Positions 36,215-47,001 of a stretch of DNA of 64,000 nucleotides are shown here, piece after piece. Origin of the DNA: Nibricoccus sp. (GTDB lineage: Bacteria > Verrucomicrobiota > Verrucomicrobiia > Opitutales > Opitutaceae); assembly GCA_047602425.1 (NCBI GenBank), contig JASGHG010000001.1:3136001-3200000 (forward strand), in the 5' to 3' direction. Every line of letters starts with the position of its first letter. Position 1 is the stretch's first letter. The position numbers and the translations under genes were made by a program. Below the pieces are notes generated by a model. The model searched no databases. It was not told the origin of the DNA and saw only the letters and a list, made by a program, of their open reading frames with translations.

Positions 36215-36255
36215 TAGGATAGTAATTGTAGTTTTAAAGATGGCAAAAGGTTGGG

Positions 36256-38646
36256 TTACTCCGCCCGCAGGGCCTCGATTGGATCAACCTTCGTGGCGCG
36301 GCGGGCGGGCGCAAGGCAGGCGACGATGGCCACAGCAATCAAGAGGGCGGGGACGCTTAAAAACGTGAGGGCGTCGTATGGCCTTACGTCGTAGAGGAGG
36401 GTGGAAACAGGCCGGGCGACGAGTGTTGCGATCGCAAGTCCGACGGCGGCGCCGATACCAGCCAGTTTCAGACCTTGACGAAGGACTTGCCACAAAACGT
36501 CGCTTGCCTGTGCGCCGAGAGCGATTCGTATGCCGAGTTCACGGGTACGTTGCGCGACGGAGTAGGCAGTGACACCGTAGATCCCGATGCTGGCAAGCAG
36601 GAGCGCGATGAGCGCAAAAATTCCCAGCATCGTGAGCACAATTTTGCGGCCCCGCAGAGAGTCAGTCACCGATTGTGAGAGTGTTTGCAGTCCGTCGATG
36701 GGCTGTTCGGGATCGACGGACTGGACAGCCCGGCGAATTTCGTCGGAGAGCGTGAGCGGTGGCACCTGTGCCCGAACGACGTAAGTGGTGGCCCAAGGGA
36801 AATGCACCTCCGGAAAATAGACCTGTGGCTGGGGTGGTATATCCAGTTGATAACGGCGGGTGTCGGCCACGATGCCGATGACTTCCCATACTTCATTCCT
36901 AAAATGCAGAAGTCGGCCAATAGGGTTTTCATCGGCGAAGAGCAGGCGGGCGAGGGCGTTGTTGATGATGATGGTTCGCGAAGCTTTTTCTGAATGGTCA
37001 GCCTCGGTGAAGAACCGGCCGCGCAGCAGGGGAATGCCGACGGCTTGGAAAAAATCGCCGTTAACACCATCAAAACCTGCGGTGAGATTATTACGTGTTT
37101 CAGGCCGATCTTCGCGGCTCACAAAATCACCCATGTACATTGTGCCATTCATCGGCGTGGTGGAGGCTTCGCCGACTTTTAATACGCCGGGAATCTGCGC
37201 GAGCCGGTCCAGGATTTCACGGGTGAAGCGTACCCGGTGGTCGTTGGTTGGAGCTTTTGTGCCGGGCTGGCTCAGCGAGAAGAGAACAACGTTGTCGCTG
37301 TTGAATCCGGTGTCGGCGTTTAACGCTTTCTGAAGGCTGCGCACGAGCAAGCCGACGACAATCAGGAGCACGATGGTGAGGGCGATCTCTGAGATGATGA
37401 ATGCTGATTGGAGTCGCCGAGCCGAACCCCCGGTGGAACCGCGGGTACCTTCCTTGAGAGACGTCTGAAGATCGGGCCGTGAGGCGCTGAGCGAGGGAAG
37501 GAGTCCGAACAGCAGGCAGGTTACCAAGGTCGCACCGACGGTGAAAATGAGCACGCGATGATCAATGCTGACGGTGAGTCCGGGGATGCTGTTGATACCG
37601 CCGAACTCCCCCATCGGCGTGATCGTCAGAGCTGCCAGCCACACACCGACGATACCGCCGGCCGTCGCGAGCAGCAGGCTTTCCACGAGCAATTGACGAA
37701 CTATGCGCCAGCGACTCGCACCTAGGGACAAACGAATGGCGATCTCGCCCTGGCGACTAGTTCCTCTGGCGAGGAGAAGGTTGGCAACGTTTGCGCAAGC
37801 GATCAGCAGGATCAGGGCGGCTGCTGCAAAAAGCATGATGTTGACCGGTTGCGAGTCGCCGAAGAGTGCTATTTGCAATGGGCGAACACTGACACCCCAG
37901 AGCTGTTTAAATGTGGGATACGATGGGTTGAGGGCTTGTTTGGCCGCGTTGAGCTCCGCCTCCGCCTGTGTGGCGGTGGCGCCTGGTTTTAAACGGCCAA
38001 TGACCCCGCAGTTGTAGCCATTGTCGCGACCCTGTTTCCACGCATCGACTCGGATCGCCGCAGGAATTAATAATTCTGCATTTGTAGCGAAAAGTGCATT
38101 CGCGGGCAAAATGCCGATCACAGTATAATTTTCCGCATCAATGCGGATGGCTTTCCCGAGGATGTCAGGATCGCCATGGAACCGTGTTTGCCAGAGATGG
38201 TGCGAGAGAATCGTGACATGGCGGTTGCCGCCGGGCGCATCCTCGGCCGGCGTGAAGTTGCGGCCAAGTTGCAGAGAAACCCCGAGCACATTTAGGTATT
38301 GGGCACTCACCTCAAGACTGGGCAGGCGAACGGGTTCTCCTGCGCCGGTGAGATTTTTCATGGGCGCGGCAAAGGCAGCGATTGATTCGAGCTGGGTCGA
38401 GTGGTCCTCCCAATCCATGAATACGCCGCCGCAAGAAAGGCCCTCTCCGCCGGTGTTGATTTTTTCGTCGATTTGGACGATGCGATCTGGTTCGTTATAA
38501 GGCAATGGCTTCAGGTAGAGCGCGCTGATTCCGCTGAAGATCGTGGTATTGGCGCCGATGCCGAGGGCCAGGGTGAGCACCACGGTAATAGTGAACCCGG
38601 GAGATTTGGTCAGCTGGCGGACGGCGAAACGAAGGTCTGTGAGCAT
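36256..38646 (-). CDS. ABC transporter permease, ADOP/MacB-like, copy 4
   Basis: MLTDLRFAVRQLTKSPGFT, LIACANVANLLLARG, RTRELGIRIALGA, ends DPIEALRAE. Confidence 0.93.
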   Translation of the reverse strand: MLTDLRFAVRQLTKSPGFTITVVLTLALGIGANTTIFSGISALYLKPLPYNEPDRIVQIDEKINTGGEGLSCGGVFMDWEDHSTQLESIAAFAAPMKNLTGAGEPVRLPSLEVSAQYLNVLGVSLQLGRNFTPAEDAPGGNRHVTILSHHLWQTRFHGDPDILGKAIRIDAENYTVIGILPANALFATNAELLIPAAIRVDAWKQGRDNGYNCGVIGRLKPGATATQAEAELNAAKQALNPSYPTFKQLWGVSVRPLQIALFGDSQPVNIMLFAAAALILLIACANVANLLLARGTSRQGEIAIRLSLGASRWRIVRQLLVESLLLATAGGIVGVWLAALTITPMGEFGGINSIPGLTVSIDHRVLIFTVGATLVTCLLFGLLPSLSASRPDLQTSLKEGTRGSTGGSARRLQSAFIISEIALTIVLLIVVGLLVRSLQKALNADTGFNSDNVVLFSLSQPGTKAPTNDHRVRFTREILDRLAQIPGVLKVGEASTTPMNGTMYMGDFVSREDRPETRNNLTAGFDGVNGDFFQAVGIPLLRGRFFTEADHSEKASRTIIINNALARLLFADENPIGRLLHFRNEVWEVIGIVADTRRYQLDIPPQPQVYFPEVHFPWATTYVVRAQVPPLTLSDEIRRAVQSVDPEQPIDGLQTLSQSVTDSLRGRKIVLTMLGIFALIALLLASIGIYGVTAYSVAQRTRELGIRIALGAQASDVLWQVLRQGLKLAGIGAAVGLAIATLVARPVSTLLYDVRPYDALTFLSVPALLIAVAIVACLAPARRATKVDPIEALRAE

Positions 38647-38662
38647 GGGATAATATGATTTA

Positions 38663-41071
38663 CTATTCGGTCCTCAGCGCTTCGATCGGATTGACCCGCA
38701 TGGCGCGGAGGGCAGGCAGCCAGCAGGCGACCGCAAAGACGACTGCGAGGACGGCCGCTCCGGCGAAGAAATATAGCGGATTCAGCAGGCCGACGTCGGA
38801 AAAGGCCTTGCGCAGAAGCATTCCCACGGCGAGGGAAAGAAGAAGACCCACGGTGAAGCCTCCGACCACCCAAGGTGTTGTCTGGCGCAGGACGAGTGCG
38901 ACGATGTCGCGATCCACCGCGCCGAGCGCCGCTCGCACACCGATTTCACGCGTGCGTTGTTGCGTTTGAAAAGCCAGCGTACCGTAAATTCCGATCGCCG
39001 CCATAACCAATGTGGCCACCATAAAAAATCCCAGGATCGAGAGAATGCTTTTGAAGGGGGTGCCCGCTCGTTCGACCAATTCGGACATTGTTTGCGGCTC
39101 AAGGAGGGCAAGATCGGAATCGACGAGTGCCAATTCGCGGCGGATCATTGGTACCATCTGATGTGCATCGAAAGCCGAACGAACGACGAGATGCTCGACG
39201 TTACGTGTATCGAAACCGTACGGAAAGTAGACTTCGCACAGGGCGGGGCGGCTGATCTGCCATTGACGCACATCTTCCACGACACCGACGACGGTGGCGG
39301 TGAACCACGGTGTGGGAGAATCGCCGCGAATACGTTGTCCAATCGGATCTTTGCCCGGCCAATAGGTGTTGGCGAGGGTTCGGTTGATCACCACACCCAG
39401 CGATTCCCGCATCGCATCGGTGGCCATGTCGAAGGTGCGACCTTGCAAGAGGGCAATTCCCATCGCTTGGAAATAACCGGGGGAAACATTTGAAGTCTCC
39501 ACAATGGGCCGGCGGATTTTTGGATCGAAGGTTTCTCCATCGACGAGAATGCTGGAATTGTAGCCGCCATGCAGCGGAAGTTTGGTCGTCATTCCGACCG
39601 CGGTAACACTTGGAAGGGTTTTGATCCGCTCGATGAGTCGATTCCAGAGGGCGACACGCTTTTCAGGGTCTTGATATCGGGAAGGATTCAAGATGATGCC
39701 GGCCGTCAGCACGGATTCCGAGGAGAGTTCATGGTTCGCCACGATGGCCGAACGGTAACTCACCAGAAGCAGCAAGGTGGTATTGGCAAGGAGCAGGGCC
39801 ACCGCAATCTGTGACGACACGAGATGCTGAAGGAAACGATGGCGCAGGCGCGACGTCGTTTGGGCAAGTCCACCCTGTTTTATTGTATCCACAACTTGGG
39901 TGCGAGCGGCAGTGAACGCCGGAGGCAAACCAGCGACCAGCGACGTCACCAGCGCGAGCAGCATCGAAAAACCGAGCACGGTCGGATCGACTTGGATGGC
40001 CGCCGCGTGCGTGGTTTCTGGGGGAAACAGGACGGTGAGCAAACTGCAGAAATTCCATGCGAGGCCTACGCCGACTACGCTGCCCAACAGGGCATACACG
40101 AGGCTCTCCGTAAGTGCCAGGCGGACGAGTTGCACGCGAGTCGCACCCAAGGCCAGCCGTACTGCATATTCGACCTGCCGACCGGCGCCGCGGGCCAGAA
40201 ACATGATGGCGACATTGGCAGAAGCAACGATCAGGACCAAAACGACCGCTGTGATGACAAACGAGTAGAAGATCATCGAACGTGCGGCGAGTTCAACCCG
40301 TAGAGGACGGCCGAAGAACCACTTCTTGTAGTTGGTATCAGGATGCTGGGCGCCCAGACGGTCCGAAATAACCTTCATCTCCGCATTGGCCTCCTCAAGT
40401 GCCACGCCCGATTTGAGCCGGCCGACGGCAAGATACATATGATCGCCGCGGGAGCCGGAATGCTTCTTTAAAGGCGTCCAGAGATCGATCGGCGTACTCC
40501 CCGTCCAAGGGCAGTAAAATTCAAAGGCCGCGGGCATCACCCCGGCGACGGTGTAGTTTTCGGCGTTGAGACGAATGCTGCGACCGACAATGGCGGGATC
40601 GCCGCCGAAATTTTTAATCCAACAGGCGTGGCTGAGCACGGCGATGGATGGTTTTCCTGGTTCGTCATCTTCTTCGGCGAACCAGCGTCCGAGCGCCGGT
40701 TGCATTCCGAGCGCACGCAAAACACCTGGAGTGCAATTGACACCTTGCAAGACTTGGGAGTGTTCGCCGCCCAAGTTAAACCGGTTGGGCATATACAACC
40801 CGATTTCCGCGAAGGAAGTGGACTGTGCGCGCACATCGAGGAAGTCCGGAAGAGCCCAAGGATTCGATTCGAGTTGCGTTGAGTTGGTTCGCCAAAGCTG
40901 TACGACGCGATCCACTTCCGGATAGGGGAACAGGGACATGACCTGGGCCTTGAACACGCTGAAGAAGGCGGTATTCGCGCCTATGCCGAGCGCGAGCAGG
41001 ATGATGGCGACGGCGGAAAATCCCGGCGATTTGGTGATCTGACGCAGAGCGAAACGTAGGTCAGAAAGCAT
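38663..41071 (-). CDS. ABC transporter permease, ADOP/MacB-like, copy 3
   Basis: MLSDLRFALRQITKSPGF, ANVAIMFLARG, RTREIGVRAALGA, ends NPIEALRTE. Confidence 0.93.
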   Translation of the reverse strand: MLSDLRFALRQITKSPGFSAVAIILLALGIGANTAFFSVFKAQVMSLFPYPEVDRVVQLWRTNSTQLESNPWALPDFLDVRAQSTSFAEIGLYMPNRFNLGGEHSQVLQGVNCTPGVLRALGMQPALGRWFAEEDDEPGKPSIAVLSHACWIKNFGGDPAIVGRSIRLNAENYTVAGVMPAAFEFYCPWTGSTPIDLWTPLKKHSGSRGDHMYLAVGRLKSGVALEEANAEMKVISDRLGAQHPDTNYKKWFFGRPLRVELAARSMIFYSFVITAVVLVLIVASANVAIMFLARGAGRQVEYAVRLALGATRVQLVRLALTESLVYALLGSVVGVGLAWNFCSLLTVLFPPETTHAAAIQVDPTVLGFSMLLALVTSLVAGLPPAFTAARTQVVDTIKQGGLAQTTSRLRHRFLQHLVSSQIAVALLLANTTLLLLVSYRSAIVANHELSSESVLTAGIILNPSRYQDPEKRVALWNRLIERIKTLPSVTAVGMTTKLPLHGGYNSSILVDGETFDPKIRRPIVETSNVSPGYFQAMGIALLQGRTFDMATDAMRESLGVVINRTLANTYWPGKDPIGQRIRGDSPTPWFTATVVGVVEDVRQWQISRPALCEVYFPYGFDTRNVEHLVVRSAFDAHQMVPMIRRELALVDSDLALLEPQTMSELVERAGTPFKSILSILGFFMVATLVMAAIGIYGTLAFQTQQRTREIGVRAALGAVDRDIVALVLRQTTPWVVGGFTVGLLLSLAVGMLLRKAFSDVGLLNPLYFFAGAAVLAVVFAVACWLPALRAMRVNPIEALRTE

Positions 41072-41146
41072 TTGAGGTAAGTTAGAAGTTTAAATGGAGG
41101 CGGAATTGAGGCTGTGGTCTCGAAGGATGTCTGGATTTTGAAGAGG

Positions 41147-43630
41147 CTATTCTGCGCGCAACGCCACGACGGGGTTGACGCGGGTGGCCCGGCGGGCAGG
41201 AAGAAGGCAGGCCAAGATGGCTGCGAGTGTGAGAAGGCCGGCGCTGATCGCGTAGGAAGTGGCGTCGTTGCGAGTGATGGAATAAAGCTGATTTTGCAGA
41301 AATTGACTCGCCGCCCAGGCGCCGATGGACCCAAACAAGAGACCAGGGACAACAAGGAATAAGCCGCGCCTCAAAATGTCGCGCAGCACGTCGCTCTGGC
41401 GCGCGCCGAGCGCCATGCGGATGCCGATTTCGCGGGTGCGCTGGCCGACGACGAACGCAAGGACGCCATACAGGCCGATCAGAGCCAACAACAATGCCGT
41501 ACCGGCAAAAAATACGAAGAGACGCAGGTTGAACTTCCGGCCCGAAATGCGTTCCTCCATCCGGTCATTCATGACGCGCACGTCATAGATGGGTTGATCG
41601 GGGAAGGCCTTGGCCAACGCATTGCGAACAGAATGAGTCATGCCGGCGGGGTCCGTTTTTGTTTTAAGCACCAAGTGCGAAAAGCCGGGATTCACGAACT
41701 GACGATAAGAGACATAAAATTCCGGCGTAGGACCCCGTTCGAGGCCGTTGCGGGTGACATCGCCTACGATTCCGATCACTTCCGCAGCCGGCAGACCCAT
41801 GCCGGGAAAACCGAGCGTGAAGCGTTTGCCGACGGCATTTTCTCCCGGCCAATATTTGTCGGCCATGCTCCGGCTGACGACAGCTTGGAGCACCACGCCC
41901 TTGAAAATGACACCAAGGTTTTCCGGGGTAACGGTGATGCCGGGAGGAAACTGGGTCGTGGGTTCGCTGCCGTCGAAAATTTTGCCTTGCAGTAAGGGAA
42001 TGCCAAGAGTCTGGAAAAAGTCCTTACTGACGGATCGGTAGCTGGCGGAGGGAAACTTGCTGGATTCTGGAACGGGCTGTCCGTCCAGATAGAACATAAT
42101 GGACGAGTTGCCCCACGTGAAAGGTAGATTGCTGCCGATGGCGCAGCTTTCAACGCCGGGAAGACTGCTCACCGAATCGATCGCCTGCTCATAGAACGTC
42201 ACGAAGATATTGGGCTCCTTCTGAAATTTTTCCATGGGTGGCGCGGTGACTTGGAGACTGAGAACATGGTCGGGCCGGATGCCGGGATTCACGTCCAACA
42301 CGTGCTGGAAACTGCGAATCAGGAGGCTCGCTCCGACAAGCAGAACGAGCGCGAGGGCGACCTGCACGCCGACCAATAAATCACGCAGACGCCAGCTGCC
42401 CCAGCGAGTATGCACAACCGCCACGGTTTGCTTGAGCGCATCGTTGGGATTGGCTTGGGAGAGGTGGCAGGCTGGAGCGAGGCCGAAGCCCACGCCGGTC
42501 AAAAGGGTGACGCCTATAGTAAAAGCAAGCACGCGCAAATCGATGCCGTCGGACGCATCGAGTAGTGGCTGCACCTGCCAGGGCACGAGGCGCTCAACTA
42601 ACCCGTATCCCCAAAGGCCGACCACGGTTCCCAGCAAGCCGCCGGCGAAGGCGAGCATGAGGCTTTCGGTCAGCAATTGACGGATGAGCTGGCCGCGGGT
42701 CGCGCCGAGAGCTGTGCGAATGGCCATTTCTTTCGTCCGGGTAAACGAACGTGCAAGGAGCATATTGGCGATGTTGACGCAGGCAATGAGCAGCACCGTG
42801 CCGACGGCACCACAGAGCAGCAATAGGTTGGTTCGGGAGCCTGACGCGATATGTTCGCGGAAAAGCGCGAGGCGGATATCGATCCCGCCATTTTCGGTTG
42901 GGTACTCCCGCTGCAGGCGTTGCGCGATCACCGACATTTGACCTTGTGCAGTCGCGAGCGAGACACCCGGTTTAAGCAGACCAATGGCAAAGGAGTTGCT
43001 GTGGCTGGCGCGCATCGTCAGCAAATTTTCCGAGGCAAAGGGTCCGACGGGCATGTAGATGTCAGCGCGTGTCACGAACCGGAATTTTGCGGGCAAAATT
43101 CCCGCGACCACGACGTCGCGTCCATCGATCTGGACAGCCTGTCCCACGATACCCTTGGCGCTGGCAAAATATCTTTGCCACGCGCCATCGGTCAGCCAGA
43201 CCGACGGTGCAGTGCCAGGATTATCGTCGTGGCTATTGGGCAGGCGTCCGAGTGCTGGTTGTACTCCGAGGGCGGAAAAAAATTCGCTCGTGATCAACAT
43301 GCAAGAAACGCGTTCCGAGCGTTCGGTCGTTTTGAGTTTCACGCCTTGGGTGCCAAAATGAAATGCGAGCGCGGCAAAGGTGTCCTGCTGCCGCTGCCAG
43401 TCCTGAAAATTTGGATACGATACGGACATTTCGCCGCCATTGCTGTATTCGTTGATGTAGACGATCCGTTCCTGATTGGGATACGGCAGGGGCCGCAGCA
43501 ACGCGTTGTTGATGACACTGAAAAAAGCGGTGTTGGCGCCGATGCCGAGGGCGAGCGTGAGCACGGCGATCACGGTGAAGCCGGGTGTTTTGGCAAACTG
43601 GCGGAAGGCGAGGCGAAGAGCGGAGAACAT
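41147..43630 (-). CDS. ABC transporter permease, ADOP/MacB-like, copy 2
   Basis: RQFAKTPGFT, LIACVNIANMLLAR, RTREIGIRMALGA, ends NPVVALRAE. Confidence 0.93.
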   Translation of the reverse strand: MFSALRLAFRQFAKTPGFTVIAVLTLALGIGANTAFFSVINNALLRPLPYPNQERIVYINEYSNGGEMSVSYPNFQDWQRQQDTFAALAFHFGTQGVKLKTTERSERVSCMLITSEFFSALGVQPALGRLPNSHDDNPGTAPSVWLTDGAWQRYFASAKGIVGQAVQIDGRDVVVAGILPAKFRFVTRADIYMPVGPFASENLLTMRASHSNSFAIGLLKPGVSLATAQGQMSVIAQRLQREYPTENGGIDIRLALFREHIASGSRTNLLLLCGAVGTVLLIACVNIANMLLARSFTRTKEMAIRTALGATRGQLIRQLLTESLMLAFAGGLLGTVVGLWGYGLVERLVPWQVQPLLDASDGIDLRVLAFTIGVTLLTGVGFGLAPACHLSQANPNDALKQTVAVVHTRWGSWRLRDLLVGVQVALALVLLVGASLLIRSFQHVLDVNPGIRPDHVLSLQVTAPPMEKFQKEPNIFVTFYEQAIDSVSSLPGVESCAIGSNLPFTWGNSSIMFYLDGQPVPESSKFPSASYRSVSKDFFQTLGIPLLQGKIFDGSEPTTQFPPGITVTPENLGVIFKGVVLQAVVSRSMADKYWPGENAVGKRFTLGFPGMGLPAAEVIGIVGDVTRNGLERGPTPEFYVSYRQFVNPGFSHLVLKTKTDPAGMTHSVRNALAKAFPDQPIYDVRVMNDRMEERISGRKFNLRLFVFFAGTALLLALIGLYGVLAFVVGQRTREIGIRMALGARQSDVLRDILRRGLFLVVPGLLFGSIGAWAASQFLQNQLYSITRNDATSYAISAGLLTLAAILACLLPARRATRVNPVVALRAE

Positions 43631-43718
43631 TTGAGTTGAAGTTTGAAGTTTAAGTTGAGGTGGGTGCAGGTGCCGGTTGCTTGAACTTTAACTTTCCACT
43701 TCGACTGCGCCGAAGGCG

Positions 43719-46148
43719 CTATTCGGAACGAAGGGCTACGACGGGATTAACGCGGGTGGCGCGCCAGGCGGGGAGCCAGCAGGCGAGGAGAGCGATCCCG
43801 GCGAGAAGGAGCGAAACCGAACCAAAGACAAGAGGGTCAAACGGATGCACGCCGTGCAGGAAGCCGGAGACGAGGCGGGTGGTCACGGCCGAGAGCGCGA
43901 GGCCGGCCACAAGTCCGAGCGCTGCAATTTTGAACCCCTGGCCGAGCACAAGACGCAATACTTGCACGGGCGCAGCTCCGAGCGCCATGCGCACGCCGAA
44001 TTCCTGCGTGCGCTGACTGACGGTGTAGGCCATCACCGCGTAAACGCCCATCGCCGCGAGCAGCAGCGCGATACCGCCGAGCAGGAGCAACAAGTTGGCC
44101 GCCATTAGGTGCGGGAACAGCGCCATGCTCGAATGGGCGGTGAGCGTGAGTGTATCCAAAAGTTCAACACCGGGATCGAGCTGACGGACAGTTTCGCGCA
44201 TCGTGGCGGCGAAGGCGACGGGATCTCCTTTGGTCCGCACGCAAAGAGCGAGGTCGAGATCCGGCACGCCTTGCTGGTAGGGGAGGTAGAAGAAACAGCG
44301 GGCGGCTTCGTCGACGCGGTTGTATTTGCCGGCCTTAGCCACGCCTACGATGGTGCGCCACTGGCCGCCGGAGCGGAACTTACGTCCGAGTGGGTCCTGA
44401 CCGGGCCAGAAGCGTTGGGCAAAATGTTCGTTGACGATGGCGACCAGTGGGGTGGCCGAATCGTCGGCATCGGTGAAATCGCGTCCGCTCACGAGCGGAA
44501 TGCGCATAGCGGCAAAATACCGCGGGGAAATGATGGCGAGTTCATAGTTGGAATCTTCTCCACGCGGGCGGACGTAACCCTCAACGGCGACGCCCGAACC
44601 TTTGCAACCGCCTAGTCCGAGAGGGAACCAGCTCGCGAACGCGGCTTCCTCGACTTCGGGGCGCTCAGCCAGTCGCTGGCGGAGATTGCGATAAAAAGTT
44701 TTCCCGGTTTCCCGGTTGTAGCCGTTCATACCGACCTGCAATTGGCCGATAAGGACATGGTCGGGTTTGAAACCGATATCGACCTGCCGCGCCTGGCGCA
44801 GGCCTTTGATGCAAAGACCCGCGCCGATCAGGAGCAGAAGCGCGAGGGCGATTTCGACCGCGACGAGCGTGTTGCGCAGGCGATTGTGAGTGGCACCGCC
44901 AGAGGCGGAGCGGCCACCCTCTTTGAGGGCTTCAACGAGATTCGGCCGTGTCGATTGGAGCGCCGGCGCGATGCCGAAGAGCAGGCCGGTGACCAGCGTG
45001 AGCAGCAAAGTCAGTCCCAGCGACCAGCCATCGAGGGCAAATTCCAATTGCGCGCGCGCCGCGAGCTCTTTGGGCAAAAATAAGACCAGCGCGTCGACCA
45101 CCTGCCACGCGAAGAAGACGCCGAGCGCGCCGCCGGCTAACGCGTAGAGCAGGCTTTCGGTGATGAATTGGCGGATCAACCGAGCGCGCGACGCTCCGGC
45201 GGAGAGGCGCACGGCGATTTCTTTGCGCCGACTCGTGGCGCGGGCGAGCATGAGATTGGCGACGTTGGCGGTGACGATCAGTTGTACCCCGAGGCAAACG
45301 GCCAGCAACAGGCTGAGCGCCGGCCCCATGACGGTTTGCGCTCCCCAAGGGCATTGGCTGAGGGGAACGACGCGATGTTGGGCGTCGCGGTTGGTTTTGG
45401 GATATTCGGTGGCGAGCCGGGCATTGGCGGTCGAGACGGCGGCGTGAGCTTGTTCGACGGAGATGCCGGATTGCAGCCGGGCGAGATTGTGCCAACCGCG
45501 GGCGTCGCGCTGGGTGAGAAAACCACGGCCTTGATTGCGCACTTCCGAAATCATCGAGGCTGGAGCCCAGGCGTCGCAACGGACAGGATTGATCGTGCCG
45601 CGAAAAGCCGAGGGCACGACGCCAATGATAGTGAAATTCTGGCGGTTGAGGTCGACGTTCTTACCGATAATGGAAGGATCGGCCGAGAACTGGCTCCTCC
45701 AGAGACGCTCGCTGATGACGAGCAACGGATTGCCGCCGGGTTGCTGGTCTTCACCGGGTTGGAACGTGCGGCCAAGGATGGATTTTACGCCGAGCAGATC
45801 GAAGAAGTTGGCGGTGACGACCTGGGCTTCAATCCAGCGTGTCTGCCGGTCGATCGTGAGGTAGGCATTGGTCGACATCGTGGCGAGAGTTCCCGCGAAG
45901 ACATCGTTCATTTTCCCGAAGTCCTCCAGATCGGGGAGCGAGGCATTGCCACCGCCCGAATTCGAGACAATCACAACAATGCGACCGGTCTCCGTCACTC
46001 CGGGCAGTGGGCTCATGACGAACTTCTGCAGCCAGCAGAGCACCGTGGTATTCGCACCGATACCAAGCGCCAGCGACAACACGACGACGGCCGTGAAGCC
46101 GGGTGATTTGCAGAACTGGCGGAAAGCGTAACGTAGATCGGCGAGCAC
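43719..46148 (-). CDS. ABC transporter permease, ADOP/MacB-like, copy 1
   Basis: GTG start; LADLRYAFRQFCKSPGFT, ANVANLMLARA, RTQEFGVRMALGA, ends NPVVALRSE. Confidence 0.93.
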   Translation of the reverse strand: MLADLRYAFRQFCKSPGFTAVVVLSLALGIGANTTVLCWLQKFVMSPLPGVTETGRIVVIVSNSGGGNASLPDLEDFGKMNDVFAGTLATMSTNAYLTIDRQTRWIEAQVVTANFFDLLGVKSILGRTFQPGEDQQPGGNPLLVISERLWRSQFSADPSIIGKNVDLNRQNFTIIGVVPSAFRGTINPVRCDAWAPASMISEVRNQGRGFLTQRDARGWHNLARLQSGISVEQAHAAVSTANARLATEYPKTNRDAQHRVVPLSQCPWGAQTVMGPALSLLLAVCLGVQLIVTANVANLMLARATSRRKEIAVRLSAGASRARLIRQFITESLLYALAGGALGVFFAWQVVDALVLFLPKELAARAQLEFALDGWSLGLTLLLTLVTGLLFGIAPALQSTRPNLVEALKEGGRSASGGATHNRLRNTLVAVEIALALLLLIGAGLCIKGLRQARQVDIGFKPDHVLIGQLQVGMNGYNRETGKTFYRNLRQRLAERPEVEEAAFASWFPLGLGGCKGSGVAVEGYVRPRGEDSNYELAIISPRYFAAMRIPLVSGRDFTDADDSATPLVAIVNEHFAQRFWPGQDPLGRKFRSGGQWRTIVGVAKAGKYNRVDEAARCFFYLPYQQGVPDLDLALCVRTKGDPVAFAATMRETVRQLDPGVELLDTLTLTAHSSMALFPHLMAANLLLLLGGIALLLAAMGVYAVMAYTVSQRTQEFGVRMALGAAPVQVLRLVLGQGFKIAALGLVAGLALSAVTTRLVSGFLHGVHPFDPLVFGSVSLLLAGIALLACWLPAWRATRVNPVVALRSE

Positions 46149-46160
46149 GAGAGGGACGGT

Positions 46161-46322
46161 TTAATTGCTTTTCTTGGAAATTTTCGCCGACATCTTTTCC
46201 CGGAGGAGACCGAACAAGTAACCGGCGGGAATTGCGATGACGGCGGTAAAGGCGATGGCGACGACAGCGAACCCGTTGGCATGCGTGGGCAACACGAGGG
46301 CAATGAGAGGTTCGCAGGACAT
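46161..46322 (-). CDS. Small hypothetical membrane protein, 53 aa (absent from the ORF track)
   Basis: Hand translation: MSCEPLIALVLPTHANGFAVVAIAFTAVIAIPAGYLFGLLREKMSAKISKKSN*. One hydrophobic helix plus a basic tail; fills the gap between the ATPase (7 nt) and the first permease (12 nt). Confidence 0.6.
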   Translation of the reverse strand: MSCEPLIALVLPTHANGFAVVAIAFTAVIAIPAGYLFGLLREKMSAKISKKSN

Positions 46323-46329
46323 GGGGAAA

Positions 46330-47001
46330 TTATTTTTGGTCCACGATCATGCCATCGGAGAGCCGCACAATGCGCGAACCGTAGGTGGCATTCTCATTGG
46401 AGTGTGTGACTTGGACGATGGTTATGCCTTGTTCGGCATTGAGCTTTTTGAACAGCGTCATGATCTCGCGGCCCTGGTCTGAATGGAGATTGCCGGTGGG
46501 CTCGTCGGCGAGGATGAGCGAAGGTTTGGCCACGAGTGCGCGGGCCACGCCAACGAGCTGCTGTTGTCCACCAGAGAGCTGGTTCGGATAAAGGTCTTTT
46601 TTGCCGACGATGGCGAAACGATCGAGCGTCTCGCAGACGATGCTCTCGCGCTCCTTCTTGGAATAGTTTCGGTACGAAAGAGGGATTTCCAGGTTCTCGT
46701 AGACGGTAAGTTCATCGAGCAGATGATACTGTTGGAAGATGAAGCCGATGTTTTCTTTTTGCAGGGCGGCGCGTTGGGCGCGGTTGAGCGAGTGGACGGC
46801 AACGTTGCGGAACTGATATTCGCCGTCCCAACTGGCATCGTGAAGGCCGAGGATATGAAGCAGGGTAGATTTACCCGAGCCAGACGGGCCCATGATGGAA
46901 ACGAATTCCCCTTCGTTGATCTGAAAATTGATGCCGCGCACGGCATAGAAAGGGCCGCCTTTTAGCGGGAATATGCGGTTGATGTTGCGAAGTGTAATCA
47001 T
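46330..47001 (-). CDS. ABC transporter ATP-binding protein (LolD/MacB-ATPase type)
   Basis: [34 protein letters not shown]. Confidence 0.95.
   Translation of the reverse strand: MITLRNINRIFPLKGGPFYAVRGINFQINEGEFVSIMGPSGSGKSTLLHILGLHDASWDGEYQFRNVAVHSLNRAQRAALQKENIGFIFQQYHLLDELTVYENLEIPLSYRNYSKKERESIVCETLDRFAIVGKKDLYPNQLSGGQQQLVGVARALVAKPSLILADEPTGNLHSDQGREIMTLFKKLNAEQGITIVQVTHSNENATYGSRIVRLSDGMIVDQK

Noticed and set aside
25300..46106. Numerous plus-strand ORFs of 100-310 aa across the permease array
   Set aside because: All are antisense to intact permease genes and lack recognisable motifs.
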